A stretch of DNA of 64,000 bases from Spirochaetia bacterium. GTDB lineage: Bacteria; Spirochaetota; Spirochaetia; DSM-27196; Salinispiraceae. A program made the position numbers and the translations under genes. The stretch covers positions 57,202-121,201 of the forward strand of contig JBBRCZ010000009.1 in assembly GCA_038204425.1 (NCBI GenBank). The letters run 5' to 3'. The notes under the pieces are model-generated. The model made no database searches and was not told where the DNA came from. It saw only the letters and a list, made by a program, of their open reading frames with translations. Every line of letters starts with the position of its first letter. Positions within the stretch are counted from its first letter, which is position 1. Shown piece after piece: positions 38,037 through 47,300 of the stretch.

Positions 38037-39018
38037 GATCAAGTATGCAGATCGAATAGTCGGTCTCTTTATTTTAGTGGCGCTTTTGCTCGTACTTGGG
38101 CTGATGTTTCTCTTAGGTGGCAACCAAAATTGGTTTGTCAAACAGTACCGATTTACCTCGCGCTTTGCTTCGGCTGGCAATATTCCAGTTGGCACTGGTC
38201 TGATGTTTCGTGGATTTGAGATGGGTAAGATCAACTCCGTCAATTTAGCAGAGGACAACCTAGTTGACGTGGTGTTTATGGTTGAAGAAGAATACATTAG
38301 CAGAGTCACAAAGGACTCAGTACTTGAGCTGTCGGTTTCGCCTATTGGACTGGGGACAAGTCTTCTTTTTCATCAAGGGCTTAGTGCCGACCTTGCCGAA
38401 GAGGGTAGCTACATCCCCTCGCTCGACACCGAGGCAGGCAGAGACTTGGTCGGCGCTGGCTTGGTTGACATGGCCAAAAAAGACGACACCATCTCGCGCC
38501 TCTTGGGTAACGTTAACGGCATTCTTGAGAACGCCAACAGAACCATAATTTTGATCAACCAAGCCATTGAGGGTAAGGGTGGTGGAGCTGTCAAAAGCAT
38601 AATGAACAACGCCGACCAGGCGCTGGTTTCACTCAATACTGCACTTTTGGGAGCACAGACTTTGATGACCCAGCTTCAGACCCAGATCGGTGGCGTGCTA
38701 ACTCAGACCGACATAGTCATGGGGGACGTCGGGGGTATTACCAAGCAAGTCAATAATGGATTGCCTGACATACTTAAAAAGGTCGACACCATTATGCTCG
38801 GCCTAGCCGGAGCAACGCGCGATGTGCAAAAACTAATGAGTGGCTTGTCCGGTGAAGTCCCCAAAGTTTCGGTCTTGCTGGCTGACACCCAAAAAGCGAT
38901 TTTGCAAGCTCAGGATGTTATGGAAGGTTTGAGAAACAATCCCTTGCTCAAAGGTGGTATATCCGAACGCCCCAATCAGGACGCTGTCATTCAAAGCTTG
39001 CGCAGGGAGGAATTTTGA
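38026..39018 (+). CDS. MlaD/MCE family protein
   Basis: N-terminal TM (IVGLFIL), MCE domain (G..VGT...FRG.E.GKI..V) and a long helical C-terminal region. Confidence 0.88.
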   Translation: MRFRIKYADRIVGLFILVALLLVLGLMFLLGGNQNWFVKQYRFTSRFASAGNIPVGTGLMFRGFEMGKINSVNLAEDNLVDVVFMVEEEYISRVTKDSVLELSVSPIGLGTSLLFHQGLSADLAEEGSYIPSLDTEAGRDLVGAGLVDMAKKDDTISRLLGNVNGILENANRTIILINQAIEGKGGGAVKSIMNNADQALVSLNTALLGAQTLMTQLQTQIGGVLTQTDIVMGDVGGITKQVNNGLPDILKKVDTIMLGLAGATRDVQKLMSGLSGEVPKVSVLLADTQKAILQAQDVMEGLRNNPLLKGGISERPNQDAVIQSLRREEF

Positions 39019-40049
39019 TGGTGTCACGCATTGGCCGTTCCTTTATAGGTCGCTCTTTAGTCCTAGTGCTGAGCCTGTTGCTTATGGTAGCCTGTTCCAC
39101 TCTGCCAGAAAAAAAAGAGACCGAACAGACGGTAGCGGTAAGGCGTGCGGTTGAGTTTGCAAAACTAGCCGATGAAAGCCTCTCGTTTGGCCAATGGGCC
39201 AAAGCAGAAGAAGAGTACCGCAACGCCTTGCAGATGCACGCTTCAATCGACAACCTAGAAGGCATGGTGCAGGTCTGGAGCAGTCTGGGATTTTTGTACC
39301 TTCGCATTGGCCAAGTCATTGATGCCCGTCGAGCTTTTAACGAGGCCAGCATCCACGCTCGCATCTTGGACAACAAGAAGTTGATCTTAATAACCAGCCT
39401 CAGCCAGGCCAAGTTGCTTTTGGCAGAAAAAGAACTTGAACAGTCGCTGGCAATCCTAGACAATGCCTTGCAAGAAAATCAAAAAGCCAACGACGAGATT
39501 AGCGCCATACTTTTGCACAATCGAGCCTTAGTCCTACGAGAACTTGGCAAAGAGGACGAAGCGATTGACAATCTCAGTAAGGCTATAGAGCTCAACAAAC
39601 GGCTCGGAGTTTTGCGAGAACTGGCATCCAACCACTACGTTCTGGCCGCAATGCTCAACAAAAAAGGGCAAACCATAGCTGCCATTGCACATCTAAACCA
39701 GTCACTAGAAATAGATAAAAAGATTGAAGCCCCCTCAGCCATTGCTGAAGATCTTGTGGCACTCGCCAAAGTTTGGCTGCGCGTCAAGCCAGACGATCCG
39801 ACCTTGGGCGCTATGCAGGGCTTTTTGAGAAAGCCCGTCCAGATTGCCTACGACTACGCCAGGCGAGCCTATAGAACTGCACTTGCCGCCAACGAAGTAG
39901 AGTTGGTACTTGCTGCTTTGCAGATTCTGCACGACAATGCAGTGCTCGCCGATGCCGCCAAAGAACAAAGCCAATGGAAGGCACTGCTCGACAGTGTGAG
40001 CAAGGCGCAAGGGACGGCTGCAGGTGCCAGTTCTGCTGGCCAGCGTTAA
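39015..40049 (+). CDS. TPR-repeat lipoprotein
   Basis: Lipobox LMVAC, TPR repeats and A.EIDKKIE....IA.DL. Translationally coupled to mlaD. Confidence 0.8.
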   Translation: MMVSRIGRSFIGRSLVLVLSLLLMVACSTLPEKKETEQTVAVRRAVEFAKLADESLSFGQWAKAEEEYRNALQMHASIDNLEGMVQVWSSLGFLYLRIGQVIDARRAFNEASIHARILDNKKLILITSLSQAKLLLAEKELEQSLAILDNALQENQKANDEISAILLHNRALVLRELGKEDEAIDNLSKAIELNKRLGVLRELASNHYVLAAMLNKKGQTIAAIAHLNQSLEIDKKIEAPSAIAEDLVALAKVWLRVKPDDPTLGAMQGFLRKPVQIAYDYARRAYRTALAANEVELVLAALQILHDNAVLADAAKEQSQWKALLDSVSKAQGTAAGASSAGQR

Positions 40050-40057
40050 GGAATAAT

Positions 40058-41230
40058 ATGAAAGATAGTATCGCAGTATTGTGGGACGTAGAAAACGTTA
40101 CCCCAAGCTCCAAAAGTTTGTTTGTCAACGGCCTAATTGAATATGCAAGTGAACTTGGGCGCATCTCAGTTGCCATCGCATATTCCGATTGGACACGCTC
40201 TGGCATGAAAACCATTGCCGAAGTTCTCAGTGAGAACAGCTTTGAGTTGACCCATGTTCCCCACAACCCAAAGCAAAAGAATAGTTCTGACATCACCTTA
40301 ATTGCACGCGCTATCGAAATAATTTATCAATACCCGCATGTCAAAAAGATGGTCCTGGTCACCGGTGATGCCGACTTTAGGCCACTCTTACAGTCAATGC
40401 GCAAACACGGAATTGAAACAATAATTATTTGTGATGCAAAGTCTGCCTCGGAAGACCTGCTGCTCTTAGCTGACAGCTACAAAGATTTTAGAGAAATTTT
40501 GCCAAGTGCCGACGAAGGACAGGGCGACTCTAACAATGACGAACGTGACGAAATAGATGGACGCAAAGGCGCTCGTCTGAGTTTTGATGAATCAGTAGGC
40601 TTACTCAAAGAAGCTATTCAGATTATGGATCTCAAAAAGAAGCCCACCAGCCTTGGCGCGCTTAAGATTCGTATGAAGCTGCTCAATCAAAACTTTAACG
40701 AACGAGAACTGCGCGAAGGCCCCACGCCACAGCGTCGCCTGCGAGGTGCCAAAGGCGAAGTGGACAAGCAAAGCAACCAAGGAAAAGACTTAAAGTTTAG
40801 AAGCTGGAAAGAGTTTGTTCTAGCTGCTGTTAAGAGTGACCCCGCTTTGGAGCTGGTATATGACGACAAAGATATAATAATCAAGCTTAAGGCCCCAGTT
40901 CCAAGCGGCTCTGGCAAGAGCGGTCAGGTGACCAGTCAGCAGGATAGCCAATCAAACGCTGTTCAAATACCGGAGATCATCCGCGAGCTTTTGGTGGCTA
41001 CCCGCAACGTGCAAAAGTCGCGAAACCACGGTGGGGATCCCAATTTGTTTGTACCGTATTCTGCGGTCAGCCAATATCTGATAGACGTAGGTCTTGATCT
41101 GCGGGAGCATGGCTATAGTCGCATCCGTAATCTAGTAGACGCAGCCGAAAAGCGCGGCTTGGTAGAAACTCATAATGAGTCTCAACATTGGATGATTCGA
41201 CTCAGCGAAGAAGGCCAAGTCTATTGCTAA
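40058..41230 (+). CDS. NYN domain (LabA/DUF88) protein with LOTUS/OST-HTH-like C-terminal domains
   Basis: WDVENV, KNSSDI.L and TGDADF.PL acidic motifs. The C-terminus has LOTUS-like segments (NFNERE...FRSWKEFV; DLREHGYSRIRNLV). Start at ATG 40058 after AAGGA. Confidence 0.85.
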   Translation: MKDSIAVLWDVENVTPSSKSLFVNGLIEYASELGRISVAIAYSDWTRSGMKTIAEVLSENSFELTHVPHNPKQKNSSDITLIARAIEIIYQYPHVKKMVLVTGDADFRPLLQSMRKHGIETIIICDAKSASEDLLLLADSYKDFREILPSADEGQGDSNNDERDEIDGRKGARLSFDESVGLLKEAIQIMDLKKKPTSLGALKIRMKLLNQNFNERELREGPTPQRRLRGAKGEVDKQSNQGKDLKFRSWKEFVLAAVKSDPALELVYDDKDIIIKLKAPVPSGSGKSGQVTSQQDSQSNAVQIPEIIRELLVATRNVQKSRNHGGDPNLFVPYSAVSQYLIDVGLDLREHGYSRIRNLVDAAEKRGLVETHNESQHWMIRLSEEGQVYC

Positions 41231-41329
41231 TGTTGGCACTCATCAACGGCTTGTCACGTTCTTTCAACAATGCAACCACGCGGGATGTTAAACTGGCCAA
41301 CATAGATTAGTAGAAAAGATCTTTAATGC

Positions 41330-41378
41330 TTGACAAAAAGAATCCACCTTATTAAGAATGATTCTTAGTAAGGTGGAT
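41330..41378 (+). promoter_or_regulatory. Promoter with Fur/Zur-like 7-1-7 palindrome upstream of COG0523 gene
   Basis: TTGACA at 41330. TAAGAAT-G-ATTCTTA (41353-41367) overlaps the -10 position and is embedded in a longer inverted repeat at 41342-41378. Confidence 0.7.
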
Positions 41379-41380
41379 AT

Positions 41381-42532
41381 ATGAAGAAACTCCCGGTAAC
41401 AGTGCTCTCTGGTTTTTTAGGAGCAGGTAAGACAAGCTTGCTCAACCACATTTTGGCCAATCAAGAAGGCTATAAGGTTGCAGTCATAGTCAATGATATG
41501 TCAGAAGTCAACATAGACGCGCAACAAATTATCCAAGGAGAATCATTCGTTCGCACTGATGCCAATTTGGTGGAGCTGAGTAATGGCTGTATTTGCTGTA
41601 CGCTGAGAGAAGACTTGTTGCGCGAAGTGGCTCGGTTGGCCAAAACAAAAAAGTTTGACTACCTACTTATAGAGAGTTCCGGCATTTCGGAACCATTGCC
41701 GGTTGCCCAAACGTTTACTTTTGAAACAGAAGGGGGCGACAATCTGCAAAAAATGGCACGACTGGACACCATGGTCACCGTCGTTGACAGTTCCAATTTT
41801 TGGGAACTCTTTAATCGCAACGACCTTACCGAGACAGGAAATCAACTTGGCCTGCTGTTGGCCGACCAGATCGAGTTTGCCGACGTCATTGTTCTCAACA
41901 AGTCAGACCTCGCAAGCAAAGAAACTTTGCAATCAATTGAGGGCTTAATTGCTACCGTTAATCCCCGGGCCAAGGTTCTGCACAGTAACTTTGGCGTGGT
42001 GCCGCTCAATGAAATCCTCAATACCAAACGATTTGACTATCAAGCGGCTCAAGACAGTGCGGCCTGGGAAGATGAGCTCGCCAAGGTGCACATGCCAGAA
42101 ACCGAAGAATATGGCATTAGTTCATTTGCGTGGTCCAGCAGGCGACCAATGGACGCCAGAAAACTAGCCGCACTTTTTGAACAAGGCTTGCCAGGAGTTT
42201 TGCGCGCCAAAGGGTATTTGTGGTTGGCTGGTGACGATGATACTGCTTGGTTTATGGACTTGGCCGGTAAGTCACTAAATGCCCAGGCTGCAGGCTGGTG
42301 GTGGTGTGCCGTACCCAAAGAAGACTGGCCCAAGAACAAACAATTTAGAGAAACCATAGAGAAACTAAGTGTTGGAGCTTGGGGTGACCGTCGGCAAGAG
42401 CTGGTCTTTATAGGCAAAAACTGGGACAAAGAAAGCCTAAAAAAACAGATACAAGATTGTTTGGTATCTGACAATGACTTTGCGGCCGGTCAAAGCCTTT
42501 GGAAGACGTGGGAAAACCCTATTCTTCGGTAA
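41381..42532 (+). CDS. COG0523/CobW-family G3E GTPase (ZigA/YciC-like metallochaperone)
   Basis: [44 protein letters not shown] and CobW_C ([18 protein letters not shown]). Confidence 0.93.
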   Translation: MKKLPVTVLSGFLGAGKTSLLNHILANQEGYKVAVIVNDMSEVNIDAQQIIQGESFVRTDANLVELSNGCICCTLREDLLREVARLAKTKKFDYLLIESSGISEPLPVAQTFTFETEGGDNLQKMARLDTMVTVVDSSNFWELFNRNDLTETGNQLGLLLADQIEFADVIVLNKSDLASKETLQSIEGLIATVNPRAKVLHSNFGVVPLNEILNTKRFDYQAAQDSAAWEDELAKVHMPETEEYGISSFAWSSRRPMDARKLAALFEQGLPGVLRAKGYLWLAGDDDTAWFMDLAGKSLNAQAAGWWWCAVPKEDWPKNKQFRETIEKLSVGAWGDRRQELVFIGKNWDKESLKKQIQDCLVSDNDFAAGQSLWKTWENPILR

Positions 42533-42917
42533 CCCACGATGTCCAGTCCACCGTCTTGGGCCGATCGAGAGTATCAGAGTCGCGTGCTACCCAATGGGCC
42601 CAGTCGCCTTGTTTGAGTGGCATGCGACCTGCTGCTAAACCTTCGGCGCGTAGCACATCAACAGGTGACAATACACCCTTAATGTGACCGTACTTTTTTA
42701 GCAAAGAACGGCAGGTATCGACTGCGTCAATCAAACGCAGATGATGTACCGGATGGGCTTCGCCGCCAGTGATACTGTCTAGGTCAATGTCGGGCCATGG
42801 TTCCGCTTCTTGAGCAGCAAGTTCCAGTTCTACTTTTTCTAACATTCGCCTAATGGTGGATACTCTTTCACGCAGTGGCAAGGTTTCTAAGTATTTTTCG
42901 GCCTCTTGTCGCGACAT
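42519..42917 (-). CDS. Hypothetical protein
   Basis: 132-aa ORF with GAGG RBS that fills the gap. No recognised motif. Confidence 0.6.
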   Translation of the reverse strand: MSRQEAEKYLETLPLRERVSTIRRMLEKVELELAAQEAEPWPDIDLDSITGGEAHPVHHLRLIDAVDTCRSLLKKYGHIKGVLSPVDVLRAEGLAAGRMPLKQGDWAHWVARDSDTLDRPKTVDWTSWVTEE

Positions 42918-43042
42918 ACGTACCTCTATAAGTTAATATAACACATTTGATCAAGTTATAACTTTTATCTGCATGGCAAGATGCAAAAAATTGAGCGAAA
43001 ATAGAAGCACAGAAGCAGAGCTGACCACGTAAGGGGAAGACT

Positions 43043-44272
43043 ATGTCCAACAAAATAAAAGTATCAGGCCAAAAAAAAACTAGCAAAGCGCCGGCTTCGC
43101 AGCCGCGAGGCACATTTGACCTTAAAACTGTCTTGAGCAAGAAACCGATTATCATAGCAGGCGTCGCTGGTTTGGCGCTTGTAGTTGCGCTTCTTTTTTT
43201 TGTACTGCAACCGACGTCCGTCAAGCTCTACGTAAGTCCTGAGCGCCTTGTGGCTTATGAACAAGTGCTGGGTGACTTTGACGGCGAGGGAAGCTTGAAC
43301 GTTGAACTTGTGTCCATGGAAAGCATTGCGCAATTTGATGCCAGGCAGGACCTGCGAGAACTAGTCCTAAGTGAACAGCTACCAAGTGCAGTAGACAAGC
43401 GCCAGCAAAAACTACTTAGTTTTGAGAAAGTCCAAGAATTTGACCGTGCAATCTATGGGTTTTTGAGGCCAATTTTTCAGTCAGGCGCTATGCCGCTTTC
43501 TCTTAATCCACTGATGGAGTTCTCGTTTCCCAGTCAAGTCGGACCAGCAGCCAAGGCGAGGCGAGATGGTAGGCGACGTTGGTCCCTAGCTGGCAAAGAC
43601 GACCAGCTACTTGGTTTGGTGGTGGCCTGGTTGGCTAGTGCTTCGGATCAGCCGGAGCAGAGTCTGCGCGACTTGGTGATGTTGGGAAGAAACGATAACT
43701 TCCAAAATCAAGCGGCTACTTATTCATTAGAAGACAGTTTGGCTCAGATATTTACCTATGGAAAACAAATCGTTAAGACGCCCAAGTATGAAAAAGATAA
43801 GATTATTTCAATAGAAGAAAGAACTGTAATTGATACCATTCCAAGTTTTGTAACCGACAAGGTTAAAGGGCTGCTTTTGTCGCTTTCGCAGTTTCGTAAA
43901 CTGCCTAGTGCCGTGCAGACTGGCTTGATTCCAAAGGCTTTGCCGCTTTACCTAAGGGGAACCCAAAGGGTACTTGGCGCCAGTGCCCAAGTGCGGGTTG
44001 TCTTGGCACCACAAGAACGCAACGATGGTGGTGTTCAGGCACTACTCAAGCGCTTGGCCAATGTTGAAGCACAGCGTGTCTTGGCCGACGCGAGTTTAGA
44101 ACTACCAGCTATCATAGCATCTCCTGTTCGTGACGCTGCTGACGACGTTGCTAAACGTATGTTGTTGGCTGCAAGTCAGGTAGTATGGCACTGGGACAAC
44201 AGACTTTTGCCGGCAGCAAGAGTGGTGCTGACTGATCCTAAAAAATTGGAACAAGCAATAGCTGATCTTTAG
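43043..44272 (+). CDS. Hypothetical membrane-anchored protein
   Basis: 409-aa ORF with GGGGA RBS, a basic N-tail and a single TM helix. No recognised domain. Confidence 0.7.
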   Translation: MSNKIKVSGQKKTSKAPASQPRGTFDLKTVLSKKPIIIAGVAGLALVVALLFFVLQPTSVKLYVSPERLVAYEQVLGDFDGEGSLNVELVSMESIAQFDARQDLRELVLSEQLPSAVDKRQQKLLSFEKVQEFDRAIYGFLRPIFQSGAMPLSLNPLMEFSFPSQVGPAAKARRDGRRRWSLAGKDDQLLGLVVAWLASASDQPEQSLRDLVMLGRNDNFQNQAATYSLEDSLAQIFTYGKQIVKTPKYEKDKIISIEERTVIDTIPSFVTDKVKGLLLSLSQFRKLPSAVQTGLIPKALPLYLRGTQRVLGASAQVRVVLAPQERNDGGVQALLKRLANVEAQRVLADASLELPAIIASPVRDAADDVAKRMLLAASQVVWHWDNRLLPAARVVLTDPKKLEQAIADL

Positions 44273-44297
44273 CTAGTATTCGTCCAACTAAAGAATA

Positions 44298-44340
44298 GGC
44301 CGAGCGTCAAGACTATCCTTGATGCTCGGCCTTACTTTTT
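44298..44340. terminator. Intrinsic terminator between convergent genes
   Basis: ggccgagcgtcaag-actatc-cttgatgctcggcc followed by a T-rich tail. Confidence 0.7.
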
Positions 44341-44367
44341 TGCGCCTGCTTTTTTGCCAGCCAGTAA

Positions 44368-47300
44368 TTAAGGTTCTGATTGCAGGTACATAAGTTCAAA
44401 TCTACCTGATCGATACCCTATTGCAATATCTCCCCAAGTCGCAGTCCAAGCAGTACCGGTAGATCTACGGGTTTCTATACTGGTCCGCTGGTCGGTGACC
44501 GCGTAGCTTCCTGAGGCCGGAGCTATCTGATTATCCCACACACTTGGGTCAACAACTTTGAAAGTCCCTGTTGGAGAAGAGCCTAATGCACTCACCCAGT
44601 TAATCGTTCCACTACCGCTGTTGAAAGAAGATATAGAACGCGTTTGTCCATCAGAGAACACCACAACTTGATTTGCGGCTACGGCTGTGGTGCCGACCAA
44701 AGAGCTTGCAGTAACGCTTGTTGTGTTAGAACTGGTCTGTGGATTTGCGGTCACCAGTTTCCAACTAGCATACTTAATTCCGTCTGAGGTGCCAATCATT
44801 GTTGAGTTGAGGTAAGACAGATGAGGAACTAGTCCTTGGAGGCTTATGTCTGCCCATGCCCCAACCGAACCTGCAGTATCAACCGCTACAGCCGCATCAA
44901 AAGTGTAAGGGTTACCACTATCTGCGTCCGGCGCAAACAGGTAGACAAAGTCGCCTGTGCTGCTTCGGAAACAAGCAAGGTGCAGTCCGCCGTTTTGGTC
45001 AAACTTGATAGTGACATATTGTCCGCTAAACTGTTTAAGAGAATCACCTGCGTCAAACACACTCTGGCGTGTCCAGTCTGCTGCAGCTATCGGGTTTGAC
45101 TTGTTTGCAACTGCCAGACGCAAAGTCTGTGAAGGCGTATCGTAGTACGCAATAACCGGCAGGCCGTTTTCGTCAACGTCTATAGCCAAGTAAGATCCCG
45201 TTGAAGTAGAGCTCGCCAAACCGGTACTAACTACACCTAAGCTTCCAGAGCCATTGGTAATGATCTGCACACTTGTATAGCTCGTTGCCACATTTCCAGT
45301 CCATGTCATCAGACCTGTTCCGCTATTCCACGCAGTAAGAACCTTGTAACTTACAAGTGTTCCGTTTCGCAGCGCTATCATGTCTCCGACCCCTATTGCG
45401 CCATTCGCAATCCATCCTGCGACCGTCGCTGTCAGCTGACTTCCACGTACTGCGATGGCTGAAAGAACGGTACCCACATCTGTGTCGTTGGCGTCGGTGC
45501 CACCGTCGATTACAAGGTAACCTTTTAGCATAGCTTCGGCATCGTCGTTCATCATTGAATATTTAAGCGACTTCGACTTTACGTCGTAGTAGGCGGTATG
45601 GATGATGTCCTGAGCATCGGTACCCACATTGTAACGAACCGTCTTTGGTCTCTGGAACTGCCAGAGCTGTTGGTCTACATTGAGTGATTCAATGGGATAG
45701 GCCAAGGCGTTTGCATAGCCGTTAGCAATGTTTGGTGAATTGGGCGTTCGTACCCCTACAAATCCGCCACTGTTTGGTGCTATAGGTGAGGTGCCCCATC
45801 CGCTACCGCCAAAATGGTTGGCTGCGAAAGCAATAGAATATTTAAGCGTGCCGCCTTCGCTGGTGTCGATCGCGAGGTCTGAGTACTCAGGTGGGTCAAA
45901 TATACCCCATTGCAGCGTGGGTCCTGCGCCCGTTGTTCCCAACCAGAGTTGGCTGGAAGCGTAGGTTATCCACGAGCCGTACAAGGTTCCGTTTGCGAGC
46001 ATTGACATAGAAGGATATTCTGCACCATCTGAGGTATTGAAGCCTTGGTCAACAGTCCATAACCATAAGTAGCGGTCATCGCTCCAGAGTGTTGATCCCA
46101 GGCCCGAGCCATCATCTTCCTTGTTGTAGCTGAGCGTGTTGTTATTGACTCGATTTCCGTCAGTTACGCTGTTGACGTTGAAGCGTAGATAGCCAGTTTT
46201 TAGCGTCGCGGGCAAGGCCAAGGTCAGTCCAGTACGTGCTGTACTTGCGCCTGTGATCTGCGCATTGGTAAAGCTGCCATTTGCGTCGCCGGCTCCGTTA
46301 TCCCACGTGACGCCGCTCGTGTTGTACACGCGTATCCAGTTGTTAGCGCTTTGAATACTGGAACTCAATAGGTTGTAGCCACTCACAACTACACCTGTTT
46401 CGCTTCGCGAGAGCGGATAGGCACCGTATTTGGTCCGGTTTGTATTGAGGCTTGTACGGACGATGCCAGTAATATAAGGAACAACGTCAACAGTCTCGGT
46501 AGTTGTGGCCGTGTTTGAACCAAAGTCATACACTTTGATGTTTACAACGAGGTTGGCCGAAGCACCATTGGAGATCAATGCAGTATTCCACGTGAAGTTC
46601 CAGTTTAAGACGTTGCCATTGCTTTGAGTCAAGAAGCCGTTGGACCCTTCTGCCGCACTGTCTCCGTCTAGGGCCATGGTCCACCCCGTCCCGGTAAGTG
46701 CGCCTCCAATGAAGGTGTAGAGGTCAAATTCTGATCCTGCAATAGCTGCTCCACCGCCGTCTGGGTCAAATCCGGCTATTTGTGCGGTAATCTTTTGAAT
46801 GCGTTGGTCGTCCCAAACTCTTCCTTTCATAATTACTTCGCCAGAGATGTCGGCGTCCGTACCATTGTACAAACTGTCAGCTGCGTATTCTACGTGTCCA
46901 AGGCGGTTGCTTCCGCTCATTTTAATGTTGTTGTTGTAAGCGCTCACCCCAAGTAGCGATTTAGAAGCATTGCTATTGCCACCGGACCAGGTTTGTCCAA
47001 AAGGAGCAATAGACAGAGTTGGTGTCGTATTGTCTACATTGTCGGCCGTAAGATTTATAGTGAGGCTGGATTGCAGTGAGTCTATACCTGGAGTGGTTCC
47101 CGGTGTGCTGTCGTAAACGCGTATGTAGAAGGCCGTGCTATTTATTCCTCCGTCTGGGATCGACGCCGGAGCACTAAAGTTTGTAAGCAGCACTGTTCCC
47201 GAGCTGGCGCTAGGCAGGGAGTTGATGCGAATCACCGTGCCAGTTCCGGTTCCCGTGGCATTTGCGGTAAATAGTGTCCCACTAGTGTTGCTGCTTGCTC

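Noticed and set aside
39974..40057. Upstream extension of the NYN ORF
   Set aside because: It overlaps the TPR gene. The RBS and NYN domain start point to 40058.
40058..41230. NYN protein as an anti-phage or toxin-antitoxin component
   Set aside because: No partner antitoxin or defence genes nearby, and LabA/DUF88-LOTUS proteins are widespread.
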